From the NCBI GenBank assembly GCA_943356415.1, contig CALREW010000002.1, positions 128,325 to 192,324 of the forward strand: a DNA stretch of 64,000 nt, in the 5' to 3' direction. The DNA is from Candidatus Nomurabacteria bacterium. Lineage in GTDB: Bacteria; Patescibacteriota; Minisyncoccia; Phycocordibacterales; SBAW01. The position numbers were made by a program, and so were the translations under genes. Below, piece by piece: positions 9,793 to 19,626 of this stretch. The stretch's first letter is position 1. Each line of letters opens with the position of its first letter. The notes beneath the pieces are model-generated. The model did not search any database and was not told where the DNA came from. It saw nothing but the letters and a program-made list of their open reading frames with translations.

Positions 9793-9891
9793 CCCATTCG
9801 ACTCACTAACGTTCGCTCAGGGTAAACACCAGAAAAAGAAGAGGCCGCCCCGAAAGGCGACCTTGTTCTTGTTGGACCTTTCGATCCGAAA

Positions 9892-10089
9892 TTACGGCAA
9901 CAGCTGGAGAACCTTGTCCCAGTTGTCCCGAAGCAGCAAAGCGACAGGAATGGCGACGCTGAAGGTGATGGCGATCGCCACGCATCGACGGTTATCCCGC
10001 GTCATTTTGCGATCAAACGCGGAAGGTTCTTTTGTGCCCAGATCCATTACGACAATACTCCCCTCAACAACGTGTGAGTAGACAATCAA
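9892..10089 (-). CDS. possible small membrane protein
   Basis: 65-aa ORF with one hydrophobic segment, followed by hairpin ~9842-9864; start uncertain. Confidence 0.3.
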   Translation of the reverse strand: MIVYSHVVEGSIVVMDLGTKEPSAFDRKMTRDNRRCVAIAITFSVAIPVALLLRDNWDKVLQLLP

Positions 10090-10208
10090 TGGAAGGTGAA
10101 CAAGCGACCTCCTTTGTTTGTATAAACCTTTGAGAAGCTCGGGTCAACCTGGGGAAAAATCTAGGGACTCTGCTATAGTGCCCGGCGGAACCATTCGGGA
10201 GAGAATCG

Positions 10209-11261
10209 ATGCTCTATGAAAAAGTCCTCCGTCCTGGCCTTTGGAGCGTTTCAGCAAACGACGCTGAGATCGCACATCGGCTTACTATCCGTAGTCTCGC
10301 CGCGCTTGAGCACGTGCCTGGTGCACTCGAACTCATCCGCTCTACGCAAAAGATCGGTGAGCAGGAGCCCGTCACACTCTGCGGCATCACCTTTCCAAAC
10401 CGCCTCGGACTTGCCGCGGGTTGCGACAAGCATGCGGAAGCGCTGCTCGCGCTCTTCGCGCTCGGGTTCGGCCACATCGAGGTGGGAACCATCCTTCCCC
10501 GACCGCAGGAAGGCAACCCGCGTCCGCGCCTGTTTCGTTTGCCGGAGGATCACTCCGTCATAAACCGGATGGGCTTCAATAGTCACGGTGCAGACACTGT
10601 GGCCAAGCGACTCGCGCGGTACCGCCGACTCGGCCCCATGCCGGGACCTGTCGGCCTTTCGCTCGGGAAGATGAAGACGACCGACAACGCCGTCGCTTCG
10701 GTCGACTTCATCGATGTGCTCCGCACTCTGGTTCTCTACGGGGACTACCTGGTGGGGAACGTCAGCTCGCCGAACACGCCTGAACTGCGCGAGCTCCAAG
10801 GCAAAGCGTACCTGACTGCGCTCGTTCGGAGCATCGTCGAGGCGGACCGTGAATGCCGCGCCAGGTTGAAGCTGGCTCCTCGTCCGCTTTTCGTGAAAAT
10901 CGCCCCAGACAACATGAGTCGATTCGCGCTCGAGCAAACGCTCGAAGCCATCGTCGAAGGCGGCGGCTCGGGCGTCATCGTGTGCAACACCACGACGGAG
11001 CGTCCTGAGAGCCTTGTTCACCCACTCAAGAACGAAGCCGGTGGACTGAGCGGCCCTCGCCTCTTCTCCACCATGCTCGCGTTGGTGAGAAAGGTGCGTG
11101 AGCTCCATCCGGAGATGCCGATCATCGCGGTCGGCGGCATCTCGAGTCGCCTCGACGCCGTCAAAGCGCTGCGAGCGGGCGCGGACCTCGTACAAATCTA
11201 TACTGGGCTTGTGTTCCAAGGACCCAAGCTCATCCGAGACATCCTCCAAACGCCCCTCTAA
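10209..11261 (+). CDS. pyrD: dihydroorotate dehydrogenase, class 2 (quinone-type)
   Basis: GLAAGCDK, QEGNPRPRLFRL, INRMGFN, NVSSPNTP, KIAPD, NTT, GGLSG, VQIYTG. Confidence 0.93.
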   Translation: MLYEKVLRPGLWSVSANDAEIAHRLTIRSLAALEHVPGALELIRSTQKIGEQEPVTLCGITFPNRLGLAAGCDKHAEALLALFALGFGHIEVGTILPRPQEGNPRPRLFRLPEDHSVINRMGFNSHGADTVAKRLARYRRLGPMPGPVGLSLGKMKTTDNAVASVDFIDVLRTLVLYGDYLVGNVSSPNTPELRELQGKAYLTALVRSIVEADRECRARLKLAPRPLFVKIAPDNMSRFALEQTLEAIVEGGGSGVIVCNTTTERPESLVHPLKNEAGGLSGPRLFSTMLALVRKVRELHPEMPIIAVGGISSRLDAVKALRAGADLVQIYTGLVFQGPKLIRDILQTPL

Positions 11262-11392
11262 GGTGTGCGGAGAGAAAGAAACCCCGTCCGGGCGCTCACG
11301 CGCCCGGCGGTTTCTTTTTTATTGACCATAGACTAAAGTGCATTTCGGATGCATGCGTCGAAGGGACGCCTGCGCAACGGAGGAAAAAAGTC

Positions 11393-12523
11393 ATGCCCCT
11401 TGTCACTACTGCGGACGATGGGTCCGTGAAAAGCGTCAAGCTGCCTCGTCCATCAAATCCACACGGACATGTCCGCGATGGAGCGCTGCGTGAAGCGGTC
11501 ACGCCCTGGGTGTTGGCGAACACCAAGCACCTGATCGTCATGCCGAATGTCGATCCGCCGCTGAAGACCGTGGAAGCCTCACTCACCTACCTCGGAGAGG
11601 TCGAGCGCATCCGGGACCGGCTCGGACTCGGAACCAATGTGCTCGGCACGCTCTACAATCACGACGGCATCACGCCGAAGATGATCGAGCAGATGGCTGC
11701 GACCAAGCGGATCGTCTCCGTCAAGTGCTACCCCGCCAAGGCGGGCATGACCACTGGCAGCGGTCAGGGCATCCCGCTCGAGCAGACGTCTGACGACGTG
11801 CTGCGGGCTGCCATCGACAACAACATCGTCTACCAGGTGCACGGCGAAGTGGACACCATGAAGGATGGCACACCGCTTGAACCCGCGATGCGGGAGCGGT
11901 ACTACATGACTGATGTGCTTCCGTATGTCCGCGATGCGCATCCCGATCTGCGTATCTCGGTCGAACACGGCACCACCGTCCAAGCGGTGCGTTTGGTCGA
12001 CGGAGATCCGAGCGGCAAGACCGTGATGACCATCACGCCGCAACATCTCCTGTTCGTCGACGACGACTTCATGCAGCCGTGGGGCAACGACCTCAAGTGC
12101 ATGCCCATCCTCAAGTGGCCGACCGACCGGGCTGCACTCATCAAGGCGGCGACGTCAGGCGACCGTCGTTTCTTCGCCGGGACGGACACCGCGCCGCACC
12201 CGTCGAGGAAGAAGCGGGGGGATTTCCAGCTCGCCGCCAACGGCTGCTGGCTTCCCCACTGGATCTCGCTCTACACCCAGGCGTTCCACGCCGCGGGCAA
12301 GCTCGACTCCGTGTTCGACGACTTCATGTCCTACAGCTTCGCCGACTGGATGGGTCTGCCCAGGCCAGAGCCCGATGACACGGTTCTCGTCACGTGCGAC
12401 ACCGCACATGACATACCGGCACCGATCAACATCGAGGGGGAGGACGACGTCGTCATTCCCCTCGGTTGGACCGAGACCGGCAATCGCCTGCGCGTCGGCT
12501 TCTCGGTTCGTGCCGACTTCTGA
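11393..12523 (+). CDS. pyrC: dihydroorotase (homodimeric E. coli type)
   Basis: HGHVRDG, VMPN, KCYPA, VHGE, EHGTT, TITPQHL, CMPILK, GTDTAPH. Confidence 0.9.
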   Translation: MPLVTTADDGSVKSVKLPRPSNPHGHVRDGALREAVTPWVLANTKHLIVMPNVDPPLKTVEASLTYLGEVERIRDRLGLGTNVLGTLYNHDGITPKMIEQMAATKRIVSVKCYPAKAGMTTGSGQGIPLEQTSDDVLRAAIDNNIVYQVHGEVDTMKDGTPLEPAMRERYYMTDVLPYVRDAHPDLRISVEHGTTVQAVRLVDGDPSGKTVMTITPQHLLFVDDDFMQPWGNDLKCMPILKWPTDRAALIKAATSGDRRFFAGTDTAPHPSRKKRGDFQLAANGCWLPHWISLYTQAFHAAGKLDSVFDDFMSYSFADWMGLPRPEPDDTVLVTCDTAHDIPAPINIEGEDDVVIPLGWTETGNRLRVGFSVRADF

Positions 12524-12547
12524 ACCTTGCGACTCCGGTCGCAACGG

Positions 12548-12575
12548 AAACGCCGCCCTCGGGCGGCGTTCTCTG
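12548..12575 (+). terminator. intrinsic terminator after pyrC
   Basis: AACGCCGCCC-TC-GGGCGGCGTT hairpin followed by a T-rich tract. Confidence 0.6.
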
Positions 12576-12650
12576 TTGTGTTGTTGCATCGAAGAAGATG
12601 CATGGTACCGTTTATTTTGGCACCGCTTTCTCCGTGCCAGGGAGAGAATA

Positions 12651-12932
12651 ATGAACCCTCGCAAAACGACGACCATCGCCGATCAGGAGCCTATGGCCTT
12701 CTGGGTGGTCTACCTCATCTTTGGCCTCGCTATTTGGCCTCTCACGACGCTGGCGCCCATCATCCCCAACTGGCTTGTCGCCACTGGTCTCCTGACCATG
12801 GCGGTATGTGCCATGGGCCTCATCGGCAAAAGCGGCATGGTCCTGCTCGTGGGCTTCTGCTGCTACCTCGGGATGTCGGTGATGGCCGCCATCCTCGCCG
12901 TGAGCGAGGCGATGCCGAAGTCCATCGGCTGA
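12651..12932 (+). CDS. small hypothetical membrane protein (about 3 TM)
   Basis: GGGAGAG SD-like motif before ATG 12651, hydrophobic 93 aa, hairpin 12952-12977. Confidence 0.6.
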   Translation: MNPRKTTTIADQEPMAFWVVYLIFGLAIWPLTTLAPIIPNWLVATGLLTMAVCAMGLIGKSGMVLLVGFCCYLGMSVMAAILAVSEAMPKSIG

Positions 12933-13002
12933 CGGTGCAAGTGGCCATAGGAAAGGGCCGCCTCCGGGCGGCCCTTTCTCCTGTCTGAATCTTACAGATG
13001 CG

Positions 13003-14979
13003 CTACACCAACGGCTGATGTTCAATATCGAGCAATTTCTTTTTTGGTGTAATGCCGTTTGCTATAAGCAAATCTTCAAACGCTTCGCGCTCGAGCGTCT
13101 CTACTTCAACTAGGGCTTTAGCAATCGCATCGAGCGCTTTGCGGTGATGCGTGATGATATGCTCAGCTTTCTTGTACGCTTCATCAACGATGCGTTTCAC
13201 CTCGCTATCTATTTCAGCGGCAACACGTTCTGAATGATCGCCCGAAGCACCCACACCGCCAAACATGGGGCGCCCTCCATCATTTTCAAGCGCCATCGGA
13301 CCCATTTTTTCTGACATGCCGTAGCGCGTGACCATGTCGCGCGCGAGGCCGGTCAATACTTGCAGGTCATTTGATGCACCAGTCGTGAGGTCATCGAATA
13401 TCATTTGCTCAGCAACGTATCCACCAAGAGATACTGCGATGTCGTCAAGAAATTCTTTCTTCGACTGCATGCGGCTATCTTCAAACGGGAGCTTCAAGGT
13501 GTACCCTGCAGCGCGTCCACGTGAGATGATCGATATTTTGTGTACCGGATCGGCATACGGTAAGACTGAAGCAACAAGTGCGTGTCCTGCTTCGTGATAC
13601 GCGGTTATTTCTTTTTCTTTTTTGTTAAGCACGTGGCTCTTTCGCTCGGGACCGAGCATCACCTTTTCTATTGCACGGATAAGGTCGTACTGAGTGACCT
13701 TCTTACGGTTTTCTCTCGCAGCCAGAATTGCCCCTTCGTTCATGAGCGAATAGAGGTCCGCGCCCGAGAAGCCCGGCGTGCGCTCTGCGATAACTTTCAA
13801 ATCCACATCTTCACCAAGCGGTTTCTTGCGCGCGTGGATAAGGAGTATCTCAACGCGATCGTTGCGGTCTGGTAAGTCGATCGTGACGCGTCTATCAAAG
13901 CGGCCCGGGCGAAGGAGTGCTGGATCAAGTACGTCAGGACGGTTGGTTGCAGCCATAACGATAACTTTTTCGTTCGGCTCAAACCCATCCATTTCAACTA
14001 GTATCTGGTTGAGGGTTTGTTCGCGCTCGTCGTTACCGCCACCCACCCCTGTACCGCGCACGCGTCCGACAGCATCGATTTCATCGACAAAGATAATGGC
14101 TGGTGCTGCCTTTTTCGCCATTTTAAAGAGATCACGTACGCGAGACGCACCAACACCAACGAACATTTCTACGAATTCAGAGCCCGATATTGAAAAGAAC
14201 GGTACGCCCGCTTCCCCTGCAACTGCACGGGCAAGCAGTGTCTTGCCAGTACCTGGTCCGCCCATCAAAAGCACGCCCTTGGGAATGCGGGCGCCGATAT
14301 CGAGAAACTTCTTTGGCGATCTGAGGAAGTCGACTATCTCAACCAATTCTTCTTTTGCCTCTTTTGCACCAGCAACATCTTTGAAGGTCACGCGTTGACC
14401 TTGATCGTTGGGGTCAATGATGCGTGCTTTTGACTGACCGAACGTAAACGCCTGCATGCCGCCCGCACCTTTCATTTGTCTCGAGAAATACCACGCAAGC
14501 ACCACGAGTAGGAGTATTGGTCCGAAAAACGGAGCGAGAAGCGCGAGCCAGAAAGTAAAGCCACTTTGGCGTTCTATTTCAATTGAAACTGACTTCAGTG
14601 CGTCCGGGCTGACACCATAATTATTAAGCGTGTCGGAAAGAGCGGTCGCGGCTTCTTTCTTCGCAAGTTTCTTTGCAGGCGTGGCATCCCCTTCAGCTTG
14701 GTAGGTTGCAGTTACCTCATCGCCAGAGACAACAATGCTTTTAACTTTGCCGTCGCGAATGTCTGTGGCGAGTTGCGATATAGCGACCGGCTCAGGCTTG
14801 TTGGCCTTTGACTCAATGACATAGGAATACACGCCAGCCAAAATAAATATGCCGAGCACCGCTACACCGAGGTTCACCCAAAAGGAACTCACCGGCGGCA
14901 TCGGTGGCATACCACCCTTGCGCCCCTTCTTCCCGTCTGGCTTTTTGTTGTTTTGAGGAGGCATCTTGGAGTCCGACAT
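13003..14979 (-). CDS. ftsH: ATP-dependent zinc metalloprotease FtsH
   Basis: 2 [39 protein letters not shown]. Confidence 0.98.
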   Translation of the reverse strand: MSDSKMPPQNNKKPDGKKGRKGGMPPMPPVSSFWVNLGVAVLGIFILAGVYSYVIESKANKPEPVAISQLATDIRDGKVKSIVVSGDEVTATYQAEGDATPAKKLAKKEAATALSDTLNNYGVSPDALKSVSIEIERQSGFTFWLALLAPFFGPILLLVVLAWYFSRQMKGAGGMQAFTFGQSKARIIDPNDQGQRVTFKDVAGAKEAKEELVEIVDFLRSPKKFLDIGARIPKGVLLMGGPGTGKTLLARAVAGEAGVPFFSISGSEFVEMFVGVGASRVRDLFKMAKKAAPAIIFVDEIDAVGRVRGTGVGGGNDEREQTLNQILVEMDGFEPNEKVIVMAATNRPDVLDPALLRPGRFDRRVTIDLPDRNDRVEILLIHARKKPLGEDVDLKVIAERTPGFSGADLYSLMNEGAILAARENRKKVTQYDLIRAIEKVMLGPERKSHVLNKKEKEITAYHEAGHALVASVLPYADPVHKISIISRGRAAGYTLKLPFEDSRMQSKKEFLDDIAVSLGGYVAEQMIFDDLTTGASNDLQVLTGLARDMVTRYGMSEKMGPMALENDGGRPMFGGVGASGDHSERVAAEIDSEVKRIVDEAYKKAEHIITHHRKALDAIAKALVEVETLEREAFEDLLIANGITPKKKLLDIEHQPLV

Positions 14980-15060
14980 GCAGGTTAGTATAGCGGACTA
15001 CGCGCTTTTTTTCATTTATTGATGCTCGGCAGTACCTCGCTGCGGTGGTATTCTCCTGAT

Positions 15061-15507
15061 GTGGCCAATCTGATTGAACACAAGAAAGCACGACTCGACT
15101 ATGAAGCCCTCGAAGAACTCGAGGCAGGTTTGGAGTTGCTTGGAATTGAGGTGAAGTCGTTACGCTCCAAACGCGGCAAGCTTGATGGCGCGCACATCAT
15201 CGTTCGTGGTGGCGAAGCGTTTATTGTAGGTATGGATATACCTCCCTACCAAGCTGGCAACACACCAAAAGACTATGACTCTGCTCGTACACGTAAACTG
15301 CTTCTTACAACAAAGGAACTAAACGAGCTTGCGAGCGCCGAGCGGCAGAAAGGATTGACAATAGTGCCAATTTCAGTGTATAATAAGGGGAACAAGCTCA
15401 AGGTGCGTATCGCTATTGCTCGCGGTAAAAAGAAGTACGATAAGCGCGAGGACCTGAAGAAAAAAGCGGTGAAGCGCGACATTGATCGCTTGATGAAAGA
15501 ACGTTGA
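15061..15507 (+). CDS. smpB: SsrA-binding protein SmpB
   Basis: KKARLDY..EAGLELLGIEVKSLR, RTRKLLL, GKKKYDKRE; GTG start; adjacent to tmRNA. Confidence 0.97.
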   Translation: MANLIEHKKARLDYEALEELEAGLELLGIEVKSLRSKRGKLDGAHIIVRGGEAFIVGMDIPPYQAGNTPKDYDSARTRKLLLTTKELNELASAERQKGLTIVPISVYNKGNKLKVRIAIARGKKKYDKREDLKKKAVKRDIDRLMKER

Positions 15508-15561
15508 AAATCATAGGCCCTTCCCTGCGAACCTGGGAACATTCGTATTCGTTGGTTTACA

Positions 15562-15940
15562 GGGGGTGCAAGGCCTAGACAATAGAGACCTCTCACTTGC
15601 TGTGCGAGATAGAAGCCCGGATCTTCTTAAAAAGCCGGAAAACATGACTGCAAAGTCGACTCAATCGCCGTATTTCTCGGCGAATGACTTCGCGTTCGCT
15701 TACGCTCGCGCGTAACTGAACCGGACATCGATACCGCTAAGCCCGAGTGCGGATATTCGGTGGTATATATCGGGCTTATAACGCGAGAGTCGCTCCGACT
15801 TGCGTTAGACATTAAGGAGATCGGTCAGAAACGATCTTGTCCGTTCCCCACGTTGCTGACTTAAAACACAGAATGGAATACATCTCGTAGACTCACTCGT
15901 GAATCTCCTTTGCACGCGGGTTCAACTCCCGCCACCTCCA
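15562..15940 (+). ncRNA. ssrA: tmRNA
   Basis: 5' GGGGGTG pairs with 3' CACCTCC-A including G3.U; T-arm GCGGG-TTCAACT-CCCGC; tag frame 15650-15715 AKSTQSPYFSANDFAFAYARA*; follows smpB. Confidence 0.93.
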
Positions 15941-15941
15941 C

Positions 15942-16127
15942 ATGTACAAAAATGCCTGCATCCGCAGGCTATTTTTTTTTGTGGGGTGGAGCGAGGCATC
16001 TGCATGCCTCGCGTCGGGAGTTGAAAAGCGCAGCGATGCCGAGCAAGCATGCGAGACCGCGAGCTAGGGTCGTGCGGCGACTTACGCGACGGCGGAAGTC
16101 GCACGCCTGACCAACCGCCACCTCCAC
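15942..16127. mobile_element. small structured non-coding element inserted at the tmRNA 3' end
   Basis: 13-bp direct repeat CCGCCACCTCCAC at 15929-15941 and 16115-16127; internal segments antisense to the tmRNA acceptor and T-arm. Confidence 0.6.
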
Positions 16128-16133
16128 CACTTC

Positions 16134-16166
16134 GCAAAAAGACTCCGCCATCCGGAGTCTTTTTGC
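16134..16166. terminator. bidirectional intrinsic terminator
   Basis: GCAAAAAGACTCCG-CCATC-CGGAGTCTTTTTGC. Confidence 0.8.
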
Positions 16167-16180
16167 TGCCATAAAAACTA

Positions 16181-17725
16181 CTAAACGACCGACGGAGGGA
16201 TTTGCGGAGGATTTTGAACAGGAGGAGCGACGTTCTCCGGTGCTTTTGGCATAACCGTAGTCATCGGAGGAGCAATGGGCGCTGTTGGCTGCGGCGGCAC
16301 ATTTTGCGGAGGAGGCACTTGGGGGGTGTACTGAGGAGCTGCGGGTGCGGATGTTGCTATCGGAGTGGAAACACTTTTCTTTGTAAGCAACTTCACAATA
16401 ACAATCAGAAGAATGAGGACGATAAGCGCGCCGACTCCAAAGAGTGCGTACAGTGCTTTAGTCGGAAGACCGAACGGTCCTGGAAGGTTCGTTCCTGACG
16501 ACGCTTGAGTTCCGTCAGTTGTTGGTGCGTTTGTCTCTTGGTAGGAGGTGTTCGAGTCAGTCGACGCTGCTACAGGAGTTGTTGGCGCGACTGGTTGATC
16601 AGACTCTACGAGGAAGATTGCATTTTTTGCCATTGCACCTCCCCACTTTTCTGCAGTAGTACCAGACGGAACGGGTTCACCGACAAGAAGATAGTACGTA
16701 CCACCCGTAGTGCCAGACGAGTACAACGTATCGTCGTCGGATTGGGACGCGTGAATAACGCTAATCTGTCCTCGCACCGCTCGTAATTCATTGGCATACA
16801 CTATGCCTGCAGCAATTTTTCGATCGCTCTTATATGGGTCTGACGCGAGTAACGGCTTGAATATTCCTGAAGCGTAATCGTAATAGACGCCTGAGGGTCC
16901 CGTTGCGACAGAAATTTTTATCTTCTCCCCTGGTTTAATCGTTAGTTTGAAGTAATCGAAGTCTCCAGACTTTTGGTTATGGTCGAGATGATACGTGCCG
17001 GGAGTAATGGCTACAGCAGTCTCAAACCCGTTTCCTCCACGGATGGCGGTGCCTAGTTGCGAATCGGTATTGCTTTTATCTATAGGTTTTTCAGCTTCGC
17101 GAATTGCCGAGAGGCTCGAAGCAAGACTCGCGCTGTCTTTTGCGTCAAAGTATTGTCCTCCCCCACTTGTCGCAACCGCAGAGAGCTGCGCACGTGCCTC
17201 GGCATCGACATCGATACCAATGACATACGTCTGGACTTTTATTCCAGCAGCCTTCAATGCAGCTGCTGCAGCGGCAGGATTGCCGTCGCAGGTCTCTTTT
17301 CCGTCGGTCAACAAAATGAGCGCGTTATCTTCCCCGACAACAAAATCGTTTTGCGCTTGACTAAGCGCATAGGCAGTCGGCGTGTAAGACCCGACGGCGT
17401 TAATAGTTGCAACCTTGCTTGAAACAGCGCTGCGATCTGCAGTAAAAGGAACGGCCAAAGAAGTCTGCAGACACGCGGCTTCCTTACTCGTGCGCTTAAC
17501 TTCGCCATATGGACGCAGGGCGACCTTCACAGAGGGGTCAAGCTGACTCAAAAGAGTCGAAACGGCGCTCTTAGCCGCGTTGATGCGGGACGTTCCACCA
17601 AGAGACTCGGTCATGGATCCAGACGCATCGAACACCACAAGGATGTTGCTGGCCGCAAGAGCACTCAGTGGCAGTGCCAAGCTAAGTGCTACACCAAGCC
17701 CAAGAGTCGCCTTTCGCAACAACAT
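16181..17725 (-). CDS. surface vWA-domain protein (signal peptide, C-terminal TM, Pro-rich tail)
   Basis: MIDAS VFDASGSM, YTP, LLTDG; TM near aa 425-447; Pro/Gln-rich tail. Confidence 0.85.
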   Translation of the reverse strand: MLLRKATLGLGVALSLALPLSALAASNILVVFDASGSMTESLGGTSRINAAKSAVSTLLSQLDPSVKVALRPYGEVKRTSKEAACLQTSLAVPFTADRSAVSSKVATINAVGSYTPTAYALSQAQNDFVVGEDNALILLTDGKETCDGNPAAAAAALKAAGIKVQTYVIGIDVDAEARAQLSAVATSGGGQYFDAKDSASLASSLSAIREAEKPIDKSNTDSQLGTAIRGGNGFETAVAITPGTYHLDHNQKSGDFDYFKLTIKPGEKIKISVATGPSGVYYDYASGIFKPLLASDPYKSDRKIAAGIVYANELRAVRGQISVIHASQSDDDTLYSSGTTGGTYYLLVGEPVPSGTTAEKWGGAMAKNAIFLVESDQPVAPTTPVAASTDSNTSYQETNAPTTDGTQASSGTNLPGPFGLPTKALYALFGVGALIVLILLIVIVKLLTKKSVSTPIATSAPAAPQYTPQVPPPQNVPPQPTAPIAPPMTTVMPKAPENVAPPVQNPPQIPPSVV

Positions 17726-17728
17726 GAA

Positions 17729-18046
17729 TTAGCGGAGGAGCGTAATGCCGCCGATAAGCGGAAGAGGCTTCATCGTTCCACTGGTTGCGCTCATGATTCC
17801 AGTGATAACGAGGTACAAAACAAAAAGCGAAACAATTGGATTTAGGAACACTAGGAAAAAGGAGAAGCTAAGCGGTATCAAAAACCATGATATCGCAAAG
17901 TGAGCAATCATCGTGAAGATAAACAGAACGAGACCTTGGTTAGCATGAAAGGTGACGAACGGTGAACGATTAGGAGTAAGGAGTGGTATTAAAAAAATAA
18001 CGTATCCGAGAGCCGCAACTAGCTTATCGTTTTGTCCTTGAGGCAT
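17729..18046 (-). CDS. DUF4870-like membrane protein
   Basis: AALGY..FVTFHANQGLVLF..G..KPLPLIG. Confidence 0.75.
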   Translation of the reverse strand: MPQGQNDKLVAALGYVIFLIPLLTPNRSPFVTFHANQGLVLFIFTMIAHFAISWFLIPLSFSFFLVFLNPIVSLFVLYLVITGIMSATSGTMKPLPLIGGITLLR

Positions 18047-18237
18047 ACATGAGGGTTATGAATATACGAGTAATTCTAGCTTGCAAAACACCCCATCAAA
18101 CCAACGTTGTGGATAATGAATTTTCTGTTGACACGCTCTCCACTCGGGACTACCCTGGCGAAGGATTTGGAGTGTAGTACGTGCTCCAAAAGAATTTCGT
18201 ACCGACAATCGTCAATGAGGACCGGAAAGGGGACTCG

Positions 18238-19140
18238 ATGAGCACTCATAGACATCGAACCGGCGGCACGAGCGTGCCTCCTACCAAACCGCGCGGCCAA
18301 CAGATGGGCCCCGGAGGCCGCTACTGGCAGTGGAGCGAGAAGCAGCGCGACAGCGAACTCGACCAACTCCCCGTTGCGCTGAGGAAGCGTCTCGAGGAAA
18401 TCATCGGGCACATCGCGGACGCGCTCGCCCAACCGAAGGCCATCTACCCACAGATGGACAGCTACCGCGCCAAGAGCCAGCACCAGGCCGGCATCTTCGT
18501 CACCGCGGGTGAGAATCATCGCAGGGCGGCACAGCACAAGGTTGAGATCGCATTCGGGACCAAAGGCCAATACGGCTTGGGGCCTCGCGTGATGCTCACC
18601 ATCTGGGGGCTGAACGCGAGTGCGCTCAATAGCCTCTTCGCTAAGACCGGCGGCGACCTCAACAAGCTCGCGAAGCAGGTCGTCGAAAAGTGCAACCTGT
18701 CAGTGCCGATCGAATCGGTGTCTGCCCCCGCGGCCGCACCCATTCACCTCAACGGCCACAGCGCCGAGCGTCGGGACGAAGGCGTCTCACTTGCCGCTGC
18801 GGGTCCGTCGGTCGTACTCGAAACTTCCACGTCGAGTCCGCCCACCTGCCACAACGGCCAGGCGGCGATTGAGCTGCGACCTGACGGGCAATCGTCAGCG
18901 AAGCAAGAAGCGGTCATCCGCATCATCGCCACCGGTCACGGCATTTTCAATGGCCGGGACTTCGGGCGCGACGAGTTGGCGTTCGAGCTCGAAGACGCCT
19001 GCCCGCCAATCAATAACGCTAAGGCGCTCATCGACCAGATGATCGCGTGGGGCCACCTCGCTTCGGACGGCGCTCGACTCCACATCACACCTCAGGGCTA
19101 CGATTTCTGCTTCGGCGGACCATCGATCGCCTCCAATTAA
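18238..19140 (+). CDS. hypothetical protein (GC-rich cassette), possible C-terminal winged helix
   Basis: SD-like GGAAAGGGG before ATG, GC3-rich codons, terminator hairpin 19162-19187. Confidence 0.6.
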   Translation: MSTHRHRTGGTSVPPTKPRGQQMGPGGRYWQWSEKQRDSELDQLPVALRKRLEEIIGHIADALAQPKAIYPQMDSYRAKSQHQAGIFVTAGENHRRAAQHKVEIAFGTKGQYGLGPRVMLTIWGLNASALNSLFAKTGGDLNKLAKQVVEKCNLSVPIESVSAPAAAPIHLNGHSAERRDEGVSLAAAGPSVVLETSTSSPPTCHNGQAAIELRPDGQSSAKQEAVIRIIATGHGIFNGRDFGRDELAFELEDACPPINNAKALIDQMIAWGHLASDGARLHITPQGYDFCFGGPSIASN

Positions 19141-19290
19141 TGCGCCTTCGGGCGCGAGCGGTACGCCCCGGCTTCGGCCGGGGCGTATTGTTTTAAAAAA
19201 TCACTTCCTTGACCGCTCAGCAGCGTCGTGACAGATTGGCTCTGGAACCGCGTCTATCAACCAAGCGGTTGCACGAGAGGGAGTGAACCT

Positions 19291-19626
19291 TTGACCCAAT
19301 CGATTGAACCCTGCCCCATCACGGGGTATCGCTGGAAATCAGGCAATACGTGCCCGCCGAAGAGCACTCGCCTGCTCGCGCTCTTCTACGCACAAGCGCG
19401 CGGCACTACCATCACCGAGGACGGCGCCGCCAAGCTCATCTTCGACAACTGTCGCGACATGCGCGTGTCGGTGGAGCACGAACTGGCAACGCTGCACCAC
19501 CACGGATGCCTCGTTCACGGGGAAAAGCTCGACGGCAAGCAGACCTACCAGGTCGGCGACAAGAAAAACGCGTGGGTCTTGCTCGAGCCCTACCTCGACA
19601 AGATTGGCGAACCCGCGCTCGCCTGA
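19291..19626 (+). CDS. hypothetical protein (GC-rich cassette), possible winged helix
   Basis: GAGGGAG before TTG 19291; hairpin about 19676-19695; start uncertain. Confidence 0.5.
   Translation: MTQSIEPCPITGYRWKSGNTCPPKSTRLLALFYAQARGTTITEDGAAKLIFDNCRDMRVSVEHELATLHHHGCLVHGEKLDGKQTYQVGDKKNAWVLLEPYLDKIGEPALA

Noticed and set aside
10251-11249. 332-aa minus-strand ORF opposite pyrD; similar shadows at 30179-31222, 40605-41414, 44973-45914 and 62129-63073
   Set aside because: Antisense shadows of strongly codon-biased genes, with no motifs and full overlap with well-supported CDSs.
15910-16172. Short ORFs (66-71 aa) over the tmRNA 3' element
   Set aside because: They overlap tmRNA and terminators and have no RBS or motifs; the region is better explained as structured non-coding DNA.
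18108-18116. Perfect DnaA box (TGTGGATAA)
   Set aside because: Single copy, with no box cluster, unwinding element or dnaA nearby; not evidence for oriC.
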